Positions 1-9,438 of a DNA stretch of 32,259 nucleotides are shown piece by piece. This stretch comes from a virus (taxonomy: Duplodnaviria > Caudoviricetes). The notes under the pieces were generated by a model. The model did no database searches. It saw nothing but the letters and a program-made list of their open reading frames with translations, and had not been told where the DNA came from. Each line of letters opens with the position of its first letter. Position 1 is the first letter of the stretch. A program made the translations under genes and the position numbers. The stretch is taken from positions 1 to 32,259 of IMG/VR virus record IMGVR_UViG_3300032218_001494. One strand, written 5' to 3'.

Positions 1-135
1 ACCAGTTGTACCAGTCGTACCCTGTGAACCAGTTGTACCAGTCGTACCCTGTGAACCAGTTGTACCAGTCGTACCCTGTGAACCAGTTGTACCAGTCGTA
101 CCCTGTGAACCAGTTGTACCAGTTGCGCCCTGTGC
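1..135. repeat. 27-bp coding tandem repeat (ACCAGTTGTACCAGTCGTACCCTGTGA x4 plus one diverged unit)
   Basis: Units at 1, 28, 55, 82, 109; encodes collagen triplets. Confidence 0.95.
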
Positions 136-312
136 ACCTGTGCTTGTGTTAATCCAAGCAGTGCCATTCCATGAACGTAAATATCCTAAGTTTGTGTCAA
201 AGTAAATTTGACCAACAACTGGACTCGTTGGTGCAGTTGATAAATTTTGAATTCTTGCATTTAATAGCTCATTTTTGTTGAGATCTATTCCTACTACATA
301 TTTTCTTGCCAT
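1..312 (-). CDS. Collagen-like tail fibre protein, N-terminal part (runs off window edge)
   Basis: ATG at 312 with AGGAG upstream; [24 protein letters not shown]...GQIYFDT...WNGTAW followed by G-X-Y repeats (GTTGSQGTT). Confidence 0.8.
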   Translation of the reverse strand, partial: MARKYVVGIDLNKNELLNARIQNLSTAPTSPVVGQIYFDTNLGYLRSWNGTAWINTSTGAQGATGTTGSQGTTGTTGSQGTTGTTGSQGTTGTTGSQGTTGTTG

Positions 313-324
313 CTTCTTATCTCC

Positions 325-780
325 TTAAGACAGGTACGCTGTCCCTGAAAATGGTTGAGCCATTGTCAGCGTTATTTGGTTAATACTATTATAATCTATT
401 CCTGTTTCCAATACATTTCCTGCGCTATCCTTAATTGTTACATTGGGATAGAATCCTAAATTGTGTGTTATTGTTTTTGAATATACATTATCTACTGGAC
501 CTGTTATTGATCCGACTTCCCATGAGGACCAGTATGCATAATCTCCACCTGTTCCACCTGCTAAAAGTGCTGTTTGTGCACCAACCCAAGTTATATCTGA
601 TAACTTTGGGCCATAGAATGTGTAAGTATCTACATCATAATAATAATCATCTTTTAATCCATTATTATTTGAGGGAGCACCATTGCCATTTAATATTGTT
701 TTACCTCTTGGCCCTTGTGGTCCAGGAACGGTAACTGTGACTTGATTTCTAGATGATATGGAACTTACTATGTCTGCCAT
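325..780 (-). CDS. Virion/tail-associated protein with short collagen motif
   Basis: PGPQGPRG, G.GAP..G..DYY.D...YGPK and ITHNLG.YP.VT motifs typical of phage tail accessory proteins; coupled to neighbours. Confidence 0.65.
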   Translation of the reverse strand: MADIVSSISSRNQVTVTVPGPQGPRGKTILNGNGAPSNNNGLKDDYYYDVDTYTFYGPKLSDITWVGAQTALLAGGTGGDYAYWSSWEVGSITGPVDNVYSKTITHNLGFYPNVTIKDSAGNVLETGIDYNSINQITLTMAQPFSGTAYLS

Positions 781-1127
781 TATATTGTCACCGATCTTGA
801 TAAGGTTATAAATCCTTCTAGAATCTTAGTCTTATTTAGATTGGAATCAGTAAGCATAATATCGTAAGAGGATTTTGGGTAAAACAATTTATTAGTTTGA
901 GTAGGAGTCATTTTTATTGTAAGATTTCCAGCAAGTTGGTCCAAAGTAATTCCACCGCTTGGTGATGTTAATGTAAATGCTAATTTGCTTCCGCCTTTTG
1001 TATCACGGACCTGCATTTTAGCAGACGCACCAGTAAGATCGATGGGTACTCCATCTGGATCTTTATAATCAACGATGAAAGAGAAAGTGGCATTTTGATC
1101 CACTTCCCAATTTTTTTGTCCTGCCAT
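780..1127 (-). CDS. Tail/baseplate-associated structural protein (BppU N-terminal-like)
   Basis: DQ.ATF...PIDLTG..A.MQVR...YDI.L...ILEG.I pattern common in phage tail modules. Confidence 0.6.
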   Translation of the reverse strand: MAGQKNWEVDQNATFSFIVDYKDPDGVPIDLTGASAKMQVRDTKGGSKLAFTLTSPSGGITLDQLAGNLTIKMTPTQTNKLFYPKSSYDIMLTDSNLNKTKILEGFITLSRSVTI

Positions 1128-1153
1128 TTGCTAGTACTCCCTAAATAGGAAAA

Positions 1154-1181
1154 ACTCCTATGCTTATTTTAGCATAGGAGT
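1154..1181. terminator. Intergenic hairpin (terminator or operator)
   Basis: ACTCCTATGCT-N6-AGCATAGGAGT perfect 11-bp inverted repeat. Confidence 0.5.
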
Positions 1182-1200
1182 AATCCTAATCATACACTAA

Positions 1201-1440
1201 TTACTTAGTAGATTTGAAACCAAATTCTTGGTTTGATGGGCTTAAAGCCTTTAAAATAACTGGCGCAATAGCTGCTATGCCACCCATTAGTAAATCCTTT
1301 GGATTTGTATTTCCTGTCATGTACAGGGCAATTGCTGCTGAAAGAAATGCTCTTGCATAAGTTCCTAGAGCTGCTAGAAGTTCTTCTGTCATTGTAACCT
1401 TTCCATCATTATTTAGATCTTTTTTCATTTGATCCTCCAT
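1201..1440 (-). CDS. Small two-TM membrane protein, holin-like
   Basis: Hydrophobic segments, Y.RAFL.A...L..P....FG pattern seen in actinophage holin-like proteins. Confidence 0.55.
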   Translation of the reverse strand: MEDQMKKDLNNDGKVTMTEELLAALGTYARAFLSAAIALYMTGNTNPKDLLMGGIAAIAPVILKALSPSNQEFGFKSTK

Positions 1441-1496
1441 TTTGGGCGGTATGCCCAGAATTTTGGGAGCTGCCTCCCAATAGTATTATTCTACCA

Positions 1497-3431
1497 TTAA
1501 GCAGAAATATCTACAAGCTCGCAGTTACCGTCTGAACTACAGGCCAAAGTAGCATTTGTAGATGTGCCGTCTTCTGTTTCGTAGAAAGATAAATCTTCCC
1601 AACGAATTTCTTTTGGCATCTTAGAAACAACGGCATCGTACTCTTCTTTTGAAACTTCTGTATATGGGGCTTGGCGATATGAATGATCTGAATGCGGCAA
1701 AAATGAGATACCAGACACTTCATCAAAATGCTTATATACCCAAGCACCTACTTCCATCCATTCATCTTCTTTTACTGAAACTGTAATAGATGGCTTATGT
1801 TCACACCAAGCACGTTGATATACTAACCAAATATTTAAATGTTCAATTGCAGTTAAATCATTTCTGACAATTGCACCTTCTGGTGCTTTTACTGGAAATG
1901 AAAATACATAAGTATCATTTGGTTTCATTACATCATCTTCTACTGGAATCCCCACTTCTTTTAAGAAAACAGAAATTGGATCTCCTTTAGAACCACGAAC
2001 TGTTCTAATATAATATGGAGAATGCCATGCATGCATTCCTGAAGACACCCCGACCAATTGGGATACTGTTCCTGAAGGCTTTACACAAGTAATGGCTGCA
2101 GATTCTGGAATCCCAATTTTCTCAGATTCTGCTTTATTTACCTCTCTTGCTTTTTCTCTTAGTGACATTAAAAATGCTTCTAATGAAATTAAATCTTCTT
2201 TGCCAGACATAAATTTATGTCCAAATTGTCCAGTTAAAGATACACCTAGCAGACGTTCTTCTTCTGTATTATCTTTCCATATTTTACGAAGATATTTAAA
2301 ATCTGTTAATGTTGATTGCCATGTTCCTAGTATTGTTGCTAACTCTACTTTTCGCTCAATATCCTTTTTTGTATCTTTTTCACGTAATACAACTTCTGAC
2401 AGGTTACAAAACTGATATGGACGAAGAATAATTTCTGAGCATGGGTTAGTTCCATAGTGTATATTTGGATCTCTTCTTCCAAACTTTGCTGCCTGGGCCT
2501 GGGCTGCTGCAACGTTGTAGATTCCACGCTCTCCTGATTTTGAATCATAAAGAGATTTCCATTCTGCAATAAATTGTTCCATTTCTGGTTTGCGAGAATA
2601 TGCAACAGAATTATTAGATAGAGCTCTCTGTGGACTTGCTTCCCACCAGTTACCAGATTTAGCTTGAGCCATTTCAATGTCATTAATATTTGAAAGGGAA
2701 ATCATTGCAGAACGACGAACTCCGCCAACTACAACAACTTCGCCGATCTTGCACATAATGTCATGACATTCAATTGGTTTTAGATTTCTGCCAGTAGCAT
2801 TTTTAAATTTTGCAATTGTAAAATCAAATAGGTTAACTAGTGGTTGTGGCCCAGAAGATCTTCCACCCATTGTTTTAAGTCTTGCACCAGATGGTCTTAC
2901 TTTAGAAACATCTATTGCTGGAATCTGACCAGACCAAAGCAATGCGAGAAGTTCACGATATGCTTTTGCCCAACCCTGCTTAGAATCTTCTACAGTAATT
3001 ACTGTTGTTGATTTTTCTAATGATTCTGGGACGGCAGGAAGTTTATTAATATACTTGTACTCAACAGAAAACCCTACACCAGTTCCGCACATAAGGATAT
3101 ACATTGTTTCGTCAAATGAGCGGGGAGAATCAACTGGTAGGAATGCACAATTATATCCAGCAACATTATCTCTTTCTAATGCTGCTCCTGAAGTCATAAC
3201 AGATCTCATTGAAGGCATTACATTTCTATTGAAAACAAAATCTTTTAGCTCTGCAACTAATTTTTCATCTGGAGTATATCCATGTTGCTTATCTAGTGAA
3301 TTTAACATAAAGTCAAAATATCTATCTACTGTTTCCCCCCATGTTTCACGACGATTATCTTCTGGTATCCATCTAGCATAACGAGATAATGCGATAAAAT
3401 TTTCATACGGGTTTTCAATAGTTCTTGACAT
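1497..3431 (-). CDS. nrdJ: Class II (adenosylcobalamin-dependent) ribonucleotide reductase
   Basis: RRETW.ETV.R, YNCAF, G.GVGFS, GGVRRSA, TNPCSEI, CNLSE, TCVKPSGTVSQL, C-terminal CxxxxxC; no beta-subunit gene adjacent. Confidence 0.93.
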   Translation of the reverse strand: MSRTIENPYENFIALSRYARWIPEDNRRETWGETVDRYFDFMLNSLDKQHGYTPDEKLVAELKDFVFNRNVMPSMRSVMTSGAALERDNVAGYNCAFLPVDSPRSFDETMYILMCGTGVGFSVEYKYINKLPAVPESLEKSTTVITVEDSKQGWAKAYRELLALLWSGQIPAIDVSKVRPSGARLKTMGGRSSGPQPLVNLFDFTIAKFKNATGRNLKPIECHDIMCKIGEVVVVGGVRRSAMISLSNINDIEMAQAKSGNWWEASPQRALSNNSVAYSRKPEMEQFIAEWKSLYDSKSGERGIYNVAAAQAQAAKFGRRDPNIHYGTNPCSEIILRPYQFCNLSEVVLREKDTKKDIERKVELATILGTWQSTLTDFKYLRKIWKDNTEEERLLGVSLTGQFGHKFMSGKEDLISLEAFLMSLREKAREVNKAESEKIGIPESAAITCVKPSGTVSQLVGVSSGMHAWHSPYYIRTVRGSKGDPISVFLKEVGIPVEDDVMKPNDTYVFSFPVKAPEGAIVRNDLTAIEHLNIWLVYQRAWCEHKPSITVSVKEDEWMEVGAWVYKHFDEVSGISFLPHSDHSYRQAPYTEVSKEEYDAVVSKMPKEIRWEDLSFYETEDGTSTNATLACSSDGNCELVDISA

Positions 3432-3517
3432 TTAGAGTCACCTTTTCTTCCGCCTAACGGATTGATTTTTTTATTAAGAATCTAATTCTACCAAAAGAAG
3501 TTTAGCGAGGGAAGGGG

Positions 3518-4507
3518 TTATGAAAACTTTTTAAATATAGGATCAAAAGCATTATTGGTCAACCGCAACCAATTGTATTCTTCAACAATCTTAGTTGACT
3601 GAGCAAAGTAATATCCTGAATATGCTTTAAAATTAAATGCAATGTCTCTCATAAGTTCAACTAGATGTTTATAGTCTGGCTCAAATACTTTTCCTGGATG
3701 TGGAAACTGCCATTCAGAATATATTAATTCTGATTTCAGTGCTAGTGGTCCTAAATAGTTTTTATAATTAGACCATGCAGATGTACAAATAACTGGCATT
3801 CCAGTTGCTAAAGATTGTAGAGGAATAAATCCAAATCCTTCACCATAACTAGGATATATCAAAACATCATGATCATAATGTAATTGTAAAAGCTCTTCGT
3901 CTGTCATTATAGAATTATTTATAGTTATATTACTATATATTTGATCTGGTAAACCAATTATGTTTTTATCTATATAATTATTAAATATGCGGGTTGTATT
4001 ATGACCATATGATTTAATAGTTAAAGAGTATCCAGGTTTATCTCCAAACAAATGTGCAAATGCGTCTACTACCATTTGTCCGCCTTTTCTTGGAGCTGGT
4101 TCTCCAATATGAAGAAACTTAATTACACCATCATCATCTCTTCTTTTTGGTCTCCACATGGGATCAATTCCATGAGGAAATACTTTAACATTTTTTAATC
4201 CATTATGTTCAAAAACATTTGCACACCAATCAGATGTTGTCCAGATTTCATCACATGCCTTCATGAATGGTTTCCATTCTTTAGGAATTTCTGTAGATTC
4301 CCATGGAGTGTAACTAATTTGATATTGATTTTTATGTAGCTTAAAATGTTCTGGTTGAGAAAAATTTAATTGAACTGGAGATTTAGGATCTTGAAATGGT
4401 GTCTTATGGCCCAACTCTTGTAATGAATTAACTATATATTTTGTGGCATAACCATATCCATTCTTGTTCCTTAGATTAGTTATTGGTGTTGATATAGATA
4501 TTTTCAT
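3518..4507 (-). CDS. Glycosyltransferase, GT-B fold (GT4-like)
   Basis: PWES, PHGID, RKGG, PSYGEGFGFIPLQSLATGMPVI signature. Confidence 0.88.
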   Translation of the reverse strand: MKISISTPITNLRNKNGYGYATKYIVNSLQELGHKTPFQDPKSPVQLNFSQPEHFKLHKNQYQISYTPWESTEIPKEWKPFMKACDEIWTTSDWCANVFEHNGLKNVKVFPHGIDPMWRPKRRDDDGVIKFLHIGEPAPRKGGQMVVDAFAHLFGDKPGYSLTIKSYGHNTTRIFNNYIDKNIIGLPDQIYSNITINNSIMTDEELLQLHYDHDVLIYPSYGEGFGFIPLQSLATGMPVICTSAWSNYKNYLGPLALKSELIYSEWQFPHPGKVFEPDYKHLVELMRDIAFNFKAYSGYYFAQSTKIVEEYNWLRLTNNAFDPIFKKFS

Positions 4508-4586
4508 TATTTCTTTCTAGTTGACCAGCTTGACAGCTACTGTTAAGTAATGTTAAGATTATAGTTCGTTATCTCTAAAGGAGGAA

Positions 4587-5147
4587 ATGCCAATGGAGAA
4601 TATAAAACAAAAACTGAGCGATTTAGCTCATAGTACCACTGTAATAGTAATGATAACATTGTTTCTATTTACAAACAATACTATGATTCCCGCTCAAGCT
4701 TTGAAAGTACAACCAAAGACAGAAATACAACTGAAAAAAGAAACGCTGGAGAAATTCAGCAATACTGTTTATAAGCCTGGAGAGACTCTATCAGATGTAG
4801 AGTTAAAGCAACTGCTATCAGCGGTTGGGTTTACAGGTAAAGCCCTTAGAACGGCTTGGGCCATTGCTAAGAGGGAGTCTACTGGACGACCAATGGCATA
4901 TAATGGTAACAGAAAAACTGGAGACAGTTCGTACGGAATTTTTCAGATTAACATGTTGGGAAACCTAGGTGTTGCTCGTAAAGAAAAGTTCAACCTGAGA
5001 TCAAATGTACTATTATTTGATCCAGTAATAAACGCAGAGATAACGTATTATATGACTAACGGCGGCAAGGATTGGTCAGCGTGGAAGGGTCTTAATAAAC
5101 CCGCAAAGGTGTATTATATGAAATATACCACCGCTATTAAGCAGTAG
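4587..5147 (+). CDS. Membrane-anchored/secreted lysozyme-like (SLT-type) transglycosylase
   Basis: N-terminal hydrophobic helix; AIAKRES (catalytic Glu), YGIFQIN, G.DWSAW; GGAGG RBS. Confidence 0.85.
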   Translation: MPMENIKQKLSDLAHSTTVIVMITLFLFTNNTMIPAQALKVQPKTEIQLKKETLEKFSNTVYKPGETLSDVELKQLLSAVGFTGKALRTAWAIAKRESTGRPMAYNGNRKTGDSSYGIFQINMLGNLGVARKEKFNLRSNVLLFDPVINAEITYYMTNGGKDWSAWKGLNKPAKVYYMKYTTAIKQ

Positions 5148-5156
5148 GAGATTGAG

Positions 5157-5369
5157 TTGAGACAGATACAGTATGTATCTAAATATTTAGCTCTAGCAGA
5201 AGAGGGCCTTGTATCTAAATTGGAATGTCCAATGGATCAAGGTCCTCTTTTTGCTAATCAAAATATTGAAGATGAGATCTTTTTATATTGCCTATCGTGT
5301 GACTATATAAAATTTATAGGTAGTACCCTGTATAACCAAATAACGGAGGCGGTAAATAAAAATGGCTAG
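5157..5369 (+). CDS. Small zinc-ribbon protein
   Basis: CPMD...CLSC; AGGAG RBS before TTG. Confidence 0.65.
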   Translation: MRQIQYVSKYLALAEEGLVSKLECPMDQGPLFANQNIEDEIFLYCLSCDYIKFIGSTLYNQITEAVNKNG

Positions 5370-5435
5370 AGAATCAGAACAATCAACATATGAACACACT
5401 ATCAGAGATGGCCAAATAGACTATAAGGAGAAAGA

Positions 5436-5648
5436 ATGGACGAACAATTAAATGAAGCGCAAAATTTGGAAGAAAACCTTCCTATGGTTAATTATATTAT
5501 GCTTCATCGCATATATGATCTCCTTACCCTTATCGCTTCTAATATAGAGCCTGAAAAAACAGAGAAAATGGTTGAATATCATAATCAAGGATTTTTACTT
5601 GGGCCATCCCCCTCATTTACCCCGCAAGATTCTGAAGAAAACAGTTGA
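5436..5648 (+). CDS. Hypothetical protein
   Basis: AAGGAG RBS, 70 aa ORF. Confidence 0.7.
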   Translation: MDEQLNEAQNLEENLPMVNYIMLHRIYDLLTLIASNIEPEKTEKMVEYHNQGFLLGPSPSFTPQDSEENS

Positions 5649-5673
5649 CTTAAAACACTTAGTATTTTATACT
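5645..5673 (+). promoter_or_regulatory. Sigma-A-type promoter driving sRNA
   Basis: TTGACT-N17-TATACT. Confidence 0.75.
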
Positions 5674-5679
5674 AAGTAT

Positions 5680-5769
5680 GTACTGGTTGTAGCATCCCAC
5701 AATGTTCCCAGTATGTAGTTCGCAAGAACTAACAGACCCCAATCGGATCCGCCTCTGATTGGGGTTTTT
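5680..5769 (+). ncRNA. Candidate ~90-nt small RNA (three hairpins)
   Basis: Own promoter; stems GTACTGG/CCAGTAT, TAGTTC-GCAA-GAACTA (GNRA loop), terminator ACCCCAATCGGA-TCCGCC-TCTGATTGGGGT+T run; no ORF. Confidence 0.7.
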
Positions 5770-5860
5770 GCTTGCTTAAATAAATTACGTCAATAATAAA
5801 AAACTGATACAATTATAGTCTATATGGAGAGATTTTAAATCCTAAATTAGGGGGATAATT

Positions 5861-6133
5861 ATGATTAGAACAAAATTGGTGGGACTAGAAGGAACACCTA
5901 CAAAAATAGATTATACAGATAGTATGGATAGAGCAACTTCACTAGTTATACAAAACTTAGCTGATGAAGGATATGTTTATGTTGGTAATTCATCAGTAAG
6001 TACTTCAAATTTTGGAGTAAGAATACCACCTGAAGGTACATTTGATATTGAATTAGCTGCTGGCGAAGATTTTTATGCTGTAACAAACGGTGTGGACGAT
6101 ATAACAATTTCAGTAATGAGTATGGATCTCTAA
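5861..6133 (+). CDS. Small beta-rich protein, probable virion accessory
   Basis: IQN....YVYVG...V....G.R pattern; coupled to collagen gene. Confidence 0.6.
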   Translation: MIRTKLVGLEGTPTKIDYTDSMDRATSLVIQNLADEGYVYVGNSSVSTSNFGVRIPPEGTFDIELAAGEDFYAVTNGVDDITISVMSMDL

Positions 6134-6921
6134 TGTCAAAATTAAGACCAGGAACAGTATTAGGCGGAATACGTGGACCACAAGGATTACCAGGATCACA
6201 AGGAACATCTGGTTCTCAAGGATTAACAGGATCACAAGGTTTTACTGGATCACAAGGTGCGACTGGAACACAGGGTACAACTGGAACAACTGGAGCACAA
6301 GGAACTACTGGTGCACAAGGTGCGACTGGAACACAGGGTACAACAGGCACACAGGGTACAAACGGAACAACTGGAGCACAAGGAACTACTGGTGCACAAG
6401 GAACTAATGGTACAACTGGTGCACAAGGTGCGACTGGCGCTACTGGATTAACAGGACCTACAGGACCTACAGGTGCAGCGGGCGACTCTGGAGTAAGTGC
6501 GCCAGCATCATATACTCCAACACTATCTGGCACATCAATGACTTTTACATCTGGAAATGGATCAACAGGTCAAGTTGGAAACTATTTAACAGTTGGAAAA
6601 CTTTGTAATTTTTCTGCAACAATAACAATGGCAAGTGTTAATACTTCGTCTTTAGTAAATGCTGCTTCAGGCGCATCTAACTTTGCAATTACACTTCCAG
6701 TAAATGCTGCTAAAGCAGGGTTAATGACTGTTGGACATGTTGTAAAAAGTGACGGTAAGATTTATGCAATTTTGGGTAAGACTTCAGCCAACTCTAATCT
6801 TTTAACCTTGTGGTCAAATGAAAAAGAAATTAAAGCATTTGATAAAGATACGCCTCTTGGAGCAAATAGTTGGACCACTAGTCAAAGTTTTAGTTTAACT
6901 GGAACATATCAAACTGTTTAA
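6133..6921 (+). CDS. Collagen-like fibre protein with C-terminal beta domain
   Basis: About 35 G-X-Y triplets then YTPT...G.Y..VGKL...ITLPV...LTGTY tail-fibre-like head. Confidence 0.85.
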   Translation: MSKLRPGTVLGGIRGPQGLPGSQGTSGSQGLTGSQGFTGSQGATGTQGTTGTTGAQGTTGAQGATGTQGTTGTQGTNGTTGAQGTTGAQGTNGTTGAQGATGATGLTGPTGPTGAAGDSGVSAPASYTPTLSGTSMTFTSGNGSTGQVGNYLTVGKLCNFSATITMASVNTSSLVNAASGASNFAITLPVNAAKAGLMTVGHVVKSDGKIYAILGKTSANSNLLTLWSNEKEIKAFDKDTPLGANSWTTSQSFSLTGTYQTV

Positions 6922-7388
6922 GTATAAAAATTATTTAATTTATTAATATAAATAACATTAACCCCAGCTAACTTTACTAATACTGGTGCTTTTAATTAAT
7001 ATATAGTGCATTGCGAAAAAAATAAAGTGCGAAAAAAGTGCTTCGGCGAAAGAAGAACCCATTCCCCATCTGCAACCATTTGCTGACATATCCCTTACAG
7101 GGCCTCTGCAGGCTATCTAAGCCCTGAATAGCCATCTTCGGACCCTCTGGGTCACATAGGCTTTTAAAATGGCGGGATTTTAAGAAGCTTCCCATATCTT
7201 ATCTACATGATCTATACAGTAGTAGCTCTTAGACCCCTTAGAATCCATTTTAGAGGTATATCAATATTGGTCACAATAGCTACATCTTTGCATATTCTTA
7301 ATAGTCCTTTATAGAAGCAATTAGGGCGGGAATTAGGATAGCCAAAAAATATATAGAAGTAGCACCTATTACTATATTCCATATAAAA

Positions 7389-7679
7389 TCAAGCATTACC
7401 TAACCTCTTAGATTCTTTACGCATATGTGTTCTAATTCGATGACAATTTGAGCAGACTACTTCGCACTTTTTGATCTCATCATCAATCTTCTTCTTCGAA
7501 AGAGTAGGGATGAGTTCAGATACATTTTTGTGCTTAATTCCTCTGACATGGTCAAAATCCATCACATAATAGGGGAAGTTTATTTTACAATCAGCGCAAG
7601 GATGTTTTTCCTTATAGTCCTGCAAATATTTAGCAAGAATAGCCTTTTGTTTTGCAATTGAGAGCTTTTCACTCTTCAT
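7389..7679 (-). CDS. HNH endonuclease
   Basis: CADC...DFDH...CEVVCSNCHRIRT. Confidence 0.85.
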   Translation of the reverse strand: MKSEKLSIAKQKAILAKYLQDYKEKHPCADCKINFPYYVMDFDHVRGIKHKNVSELIPTLSKKKIDDEIKKCEVVCSNCHRIRTHMRKESKRLGNA

Positions 7680-7747
7680 GCTAGGATGCTTTCAGCATTC
7701 ATATGGCAAGTATAGCAAGAGAAATTTTCTAGCTCCCGCCGAAAATT

Positions 7748-7915
7748 TTATTCGTTAGTTAAAGATACAGAATCTAGTAGCTTAACAGTTCTATTTGAAA
7801 CATAACCACCTTTGTCATTTAAAAGCTTTAAGGCATCTGGCTCTGTTTCTGCTAATACTTGAATAATCATCTCAACTTTATATGTGAAGCAAGATGTGTC
7901 TAATTTTTCTGACAT
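7748..7915 (-). CDS. Hypothetical protein (start 7915 or 7942)
   Basis: ORF track; AGGA upstream of MSEKLD. Confidence 0.55.
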   Translation of the reverse strand: MSEKLDTSCFTYKVEMIIQVLAETEPDALKLLNDKGGYVSNRTVKLLDSVSLTNE

Positions 7916-8057
7916 ATTAATCCTAGTCGACTGCTTTATCATATTCTACTAAATGTTAATAAAATATTTTTTTAGACTTATAGCCTTTATATTTGTATTT
8001 ATTTTTTTAATGATAACTTCCAGAATTTAAGCATACAAACCCTATACCCTTTTATAG

Positions 8058-8222
8058 AAAAAATAAAAGGACCCCGAAATGGTCAGGTTATAAATCCGCC
8101 ATTCATCGGTTGAACCATATAGGCCGTAGCTATTATCTGAAAGATATTGTATAATTACAACTTCCGTCATCATCGCACTTGGAGTTTAAACCCTTGATAT
8201 TATCTCCTAAAACTGTCCAAGG
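8058..8222 (-). ncRNA. Candidate structured non-coding RNA/leader
   Basis: Follows promoter 8228-8257, no ORF, several stems, ends in GACC-N7-GGTC hairpin plus T-rich run. Confidence 0.4.
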
Positions 8223-8227
8223 AATTT

Positions 8228-8257
8228 AGTATAACATTATAGATTTTGTTAGGTCAA
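8228..8257 (-). promoter_or_regulatory. Sigma-A-type promoter
   Basis: TTGACC-N18-TATACT with extended TG. Confidence 0.6.
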
Positions 8258-8394
8258 GTCTTTTTACAAAGTTTCTTATGATTAGATAAAGTTATATGAG
8301 CAAATCCAGAACGGACTTCTATTTCCCGCCCACATTGATCACATATTACAATTCTGGATGATGCCATCCTCACATTGTATATGTTGATCAGATT

Positions 8395-8802
8395 CTAGTC
8401 AACTACTTTATTTAAATACTTAATAGCATTATTCATAATATCTATTTTGTCATTAAACTGTCCAAGTGACATATTACAGTCGTTGCACAATAAAGCCCTT
8501 ACCCTATTTGTATCATGACAATGATCTATATGGGTAAATTTTGTGCCTTTAAATTCAATACTACAAATTTTGCATTTATTGTTTTGATCAACAAGCATTT
8601 GATCAAATTGCTCTTGAGTAATTCCATATCTACGTTCTTTGGTACGCTCTCGCATTCTTGCTAAATTCCTTGCAGTATTTTCTGGATTATCTTTTCTCCA
8701 TTTTTTAGCTGCAGCATTTTTGCAATCCTTGCAATCTTTTCTACGTTCATAGAAATCAGAAATATTTTTTTCTATCCCGCACACCTTACATGTTTTTAAC
8801 AT
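8395..8802 (-). CDS. Endonuclease VII-family HNH nuclease with N-terminal zinc finger
   Basis: KTCKVC...CKDC; YGIT..Q...Q.N.CKIC...IDHCH...VRALLC..CN..LG.F.D; likely start 8802. Confidence 0.88.
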   Translation of the reverse strand: MLKTCKVCGIEKNISDFYERRKDCKDCKNAAAKKWRKDNPENTARNLARMRERTKERRYGITQEQFDQMLVDQNNKCKICSIEFKGTKFTHIDHCHDTNRVRALLCNDCNMSLGQFNDKIDIMNNAIKYLNKVVD

Positions 8803-9238
8803 AGGATATAGCCTTTCTAATTGTTTCAATATTGTCTTTAAATCCACCTAGACCAAGGTTACAGTTTCTACAAAGTAGTCCACGAATTTTATCTGTATTG
8901 TGACAATGATCTACTGCTGCTTCCCACCCAATTTGTTTTTTACAAATAGCACATTGATTATTCTGATCAACTAGCATTTGTGCATAGTCTTCACGAGATA
9001 TTCCATATTTTATTTTTCTAGATGTTGCAATAGTTGCAGACTTATACTTTTCTGGATTTTCCTTCTTCCACTTTTTATTTCGCTCCCTAAAACAAGGTAT
9101 GCAATATGCAGCAAGGCCATCCTGTCTGGACTTCCATTTATAATACTCTGATCTTTCTTTTAGTTCCCCGCAAATTGGACAAGTTTTGTGCGTTGCAGTA
9201 TTTGCCATGTAGAACTTGCCTTTTCCAATATTAGCCAT
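8786..9238 (-). CDS. Endonuclease VII-family HNH nuclease with N-terminal zinc finger
   Basis: KTCPIC...CIPC; YGIS...CAIC...VDHCH...IRGLLC..CN.GLG.FKD; TACAAT 6 nt before ATG (leaderless). Confidence 0.88.
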   Translation of the reverse strand: MANIGKGKFYMANTATHKTCPICGELKERSEYYKWKSRQDGLAAYCIPCFRERNKKWKKENPEKYKSATIATSRKIKYGISREDYAQMLVDQNNQCAICKKQIGWEAAVDHCHNTDKIRGLLCRNCNLGLGGFKDNIETIRKAISYVKNM

Positions 9239-9385
9239 TGTATTATTGTATCATACATATTAACATTTTTAAATCTCTCCGATGTTAGCGGAGCGAATTC
9301 TTGTATGATACGCACTATTCACACACACATATATTTAAGATACTGCGACCATAATGTCCGAATTGCCCTAGTTTATTAAGGCTAA

Positions 9386-9401
9386 TGTGATGCGTATCAC
9401 A
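9386..9401. promoter_or_regulatory. CRP/GlxR-type site
   Basis: TGTGA-TGCGTA-TCACA. Confidence 0.7.
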
Positions 9402-9438
9402 AAAGTTTTTTTAAAATCTTGCAGAATAAGGCTCTAAA

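Noticed and set aside
1-135. 27-bp repeats as CRISPR array
   Set aside because: No spacers; in-frame collagen coding repeat
1511-3381. Several ORFs overlapping nrdJ; possible intron or intein
   Set aside because: NrdJ is continuous with all motifs at normal length; the others are shadows
5680-5769. tRNA or known ribozyme in the ncRNA candidates (also 8058-8222, 12810, 16498)
   Set aside because: No cloverleaf with T-loop GTTCRA in proper context and no complete hammerhead or pistol core recognised; needs Infernal to exclude
6216-6533. PV/PC-repeat ORF and 6257 alternative frame
   Set aside because: Shadows of the collagen repeat
6992-7195. 67-aa - strand ORF (also 20100-20300 and 20936-21202 + strand)
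   Set aside because: No RBS or recognisable motifs; lie in motif-rich spacers or antisense to better ORFs
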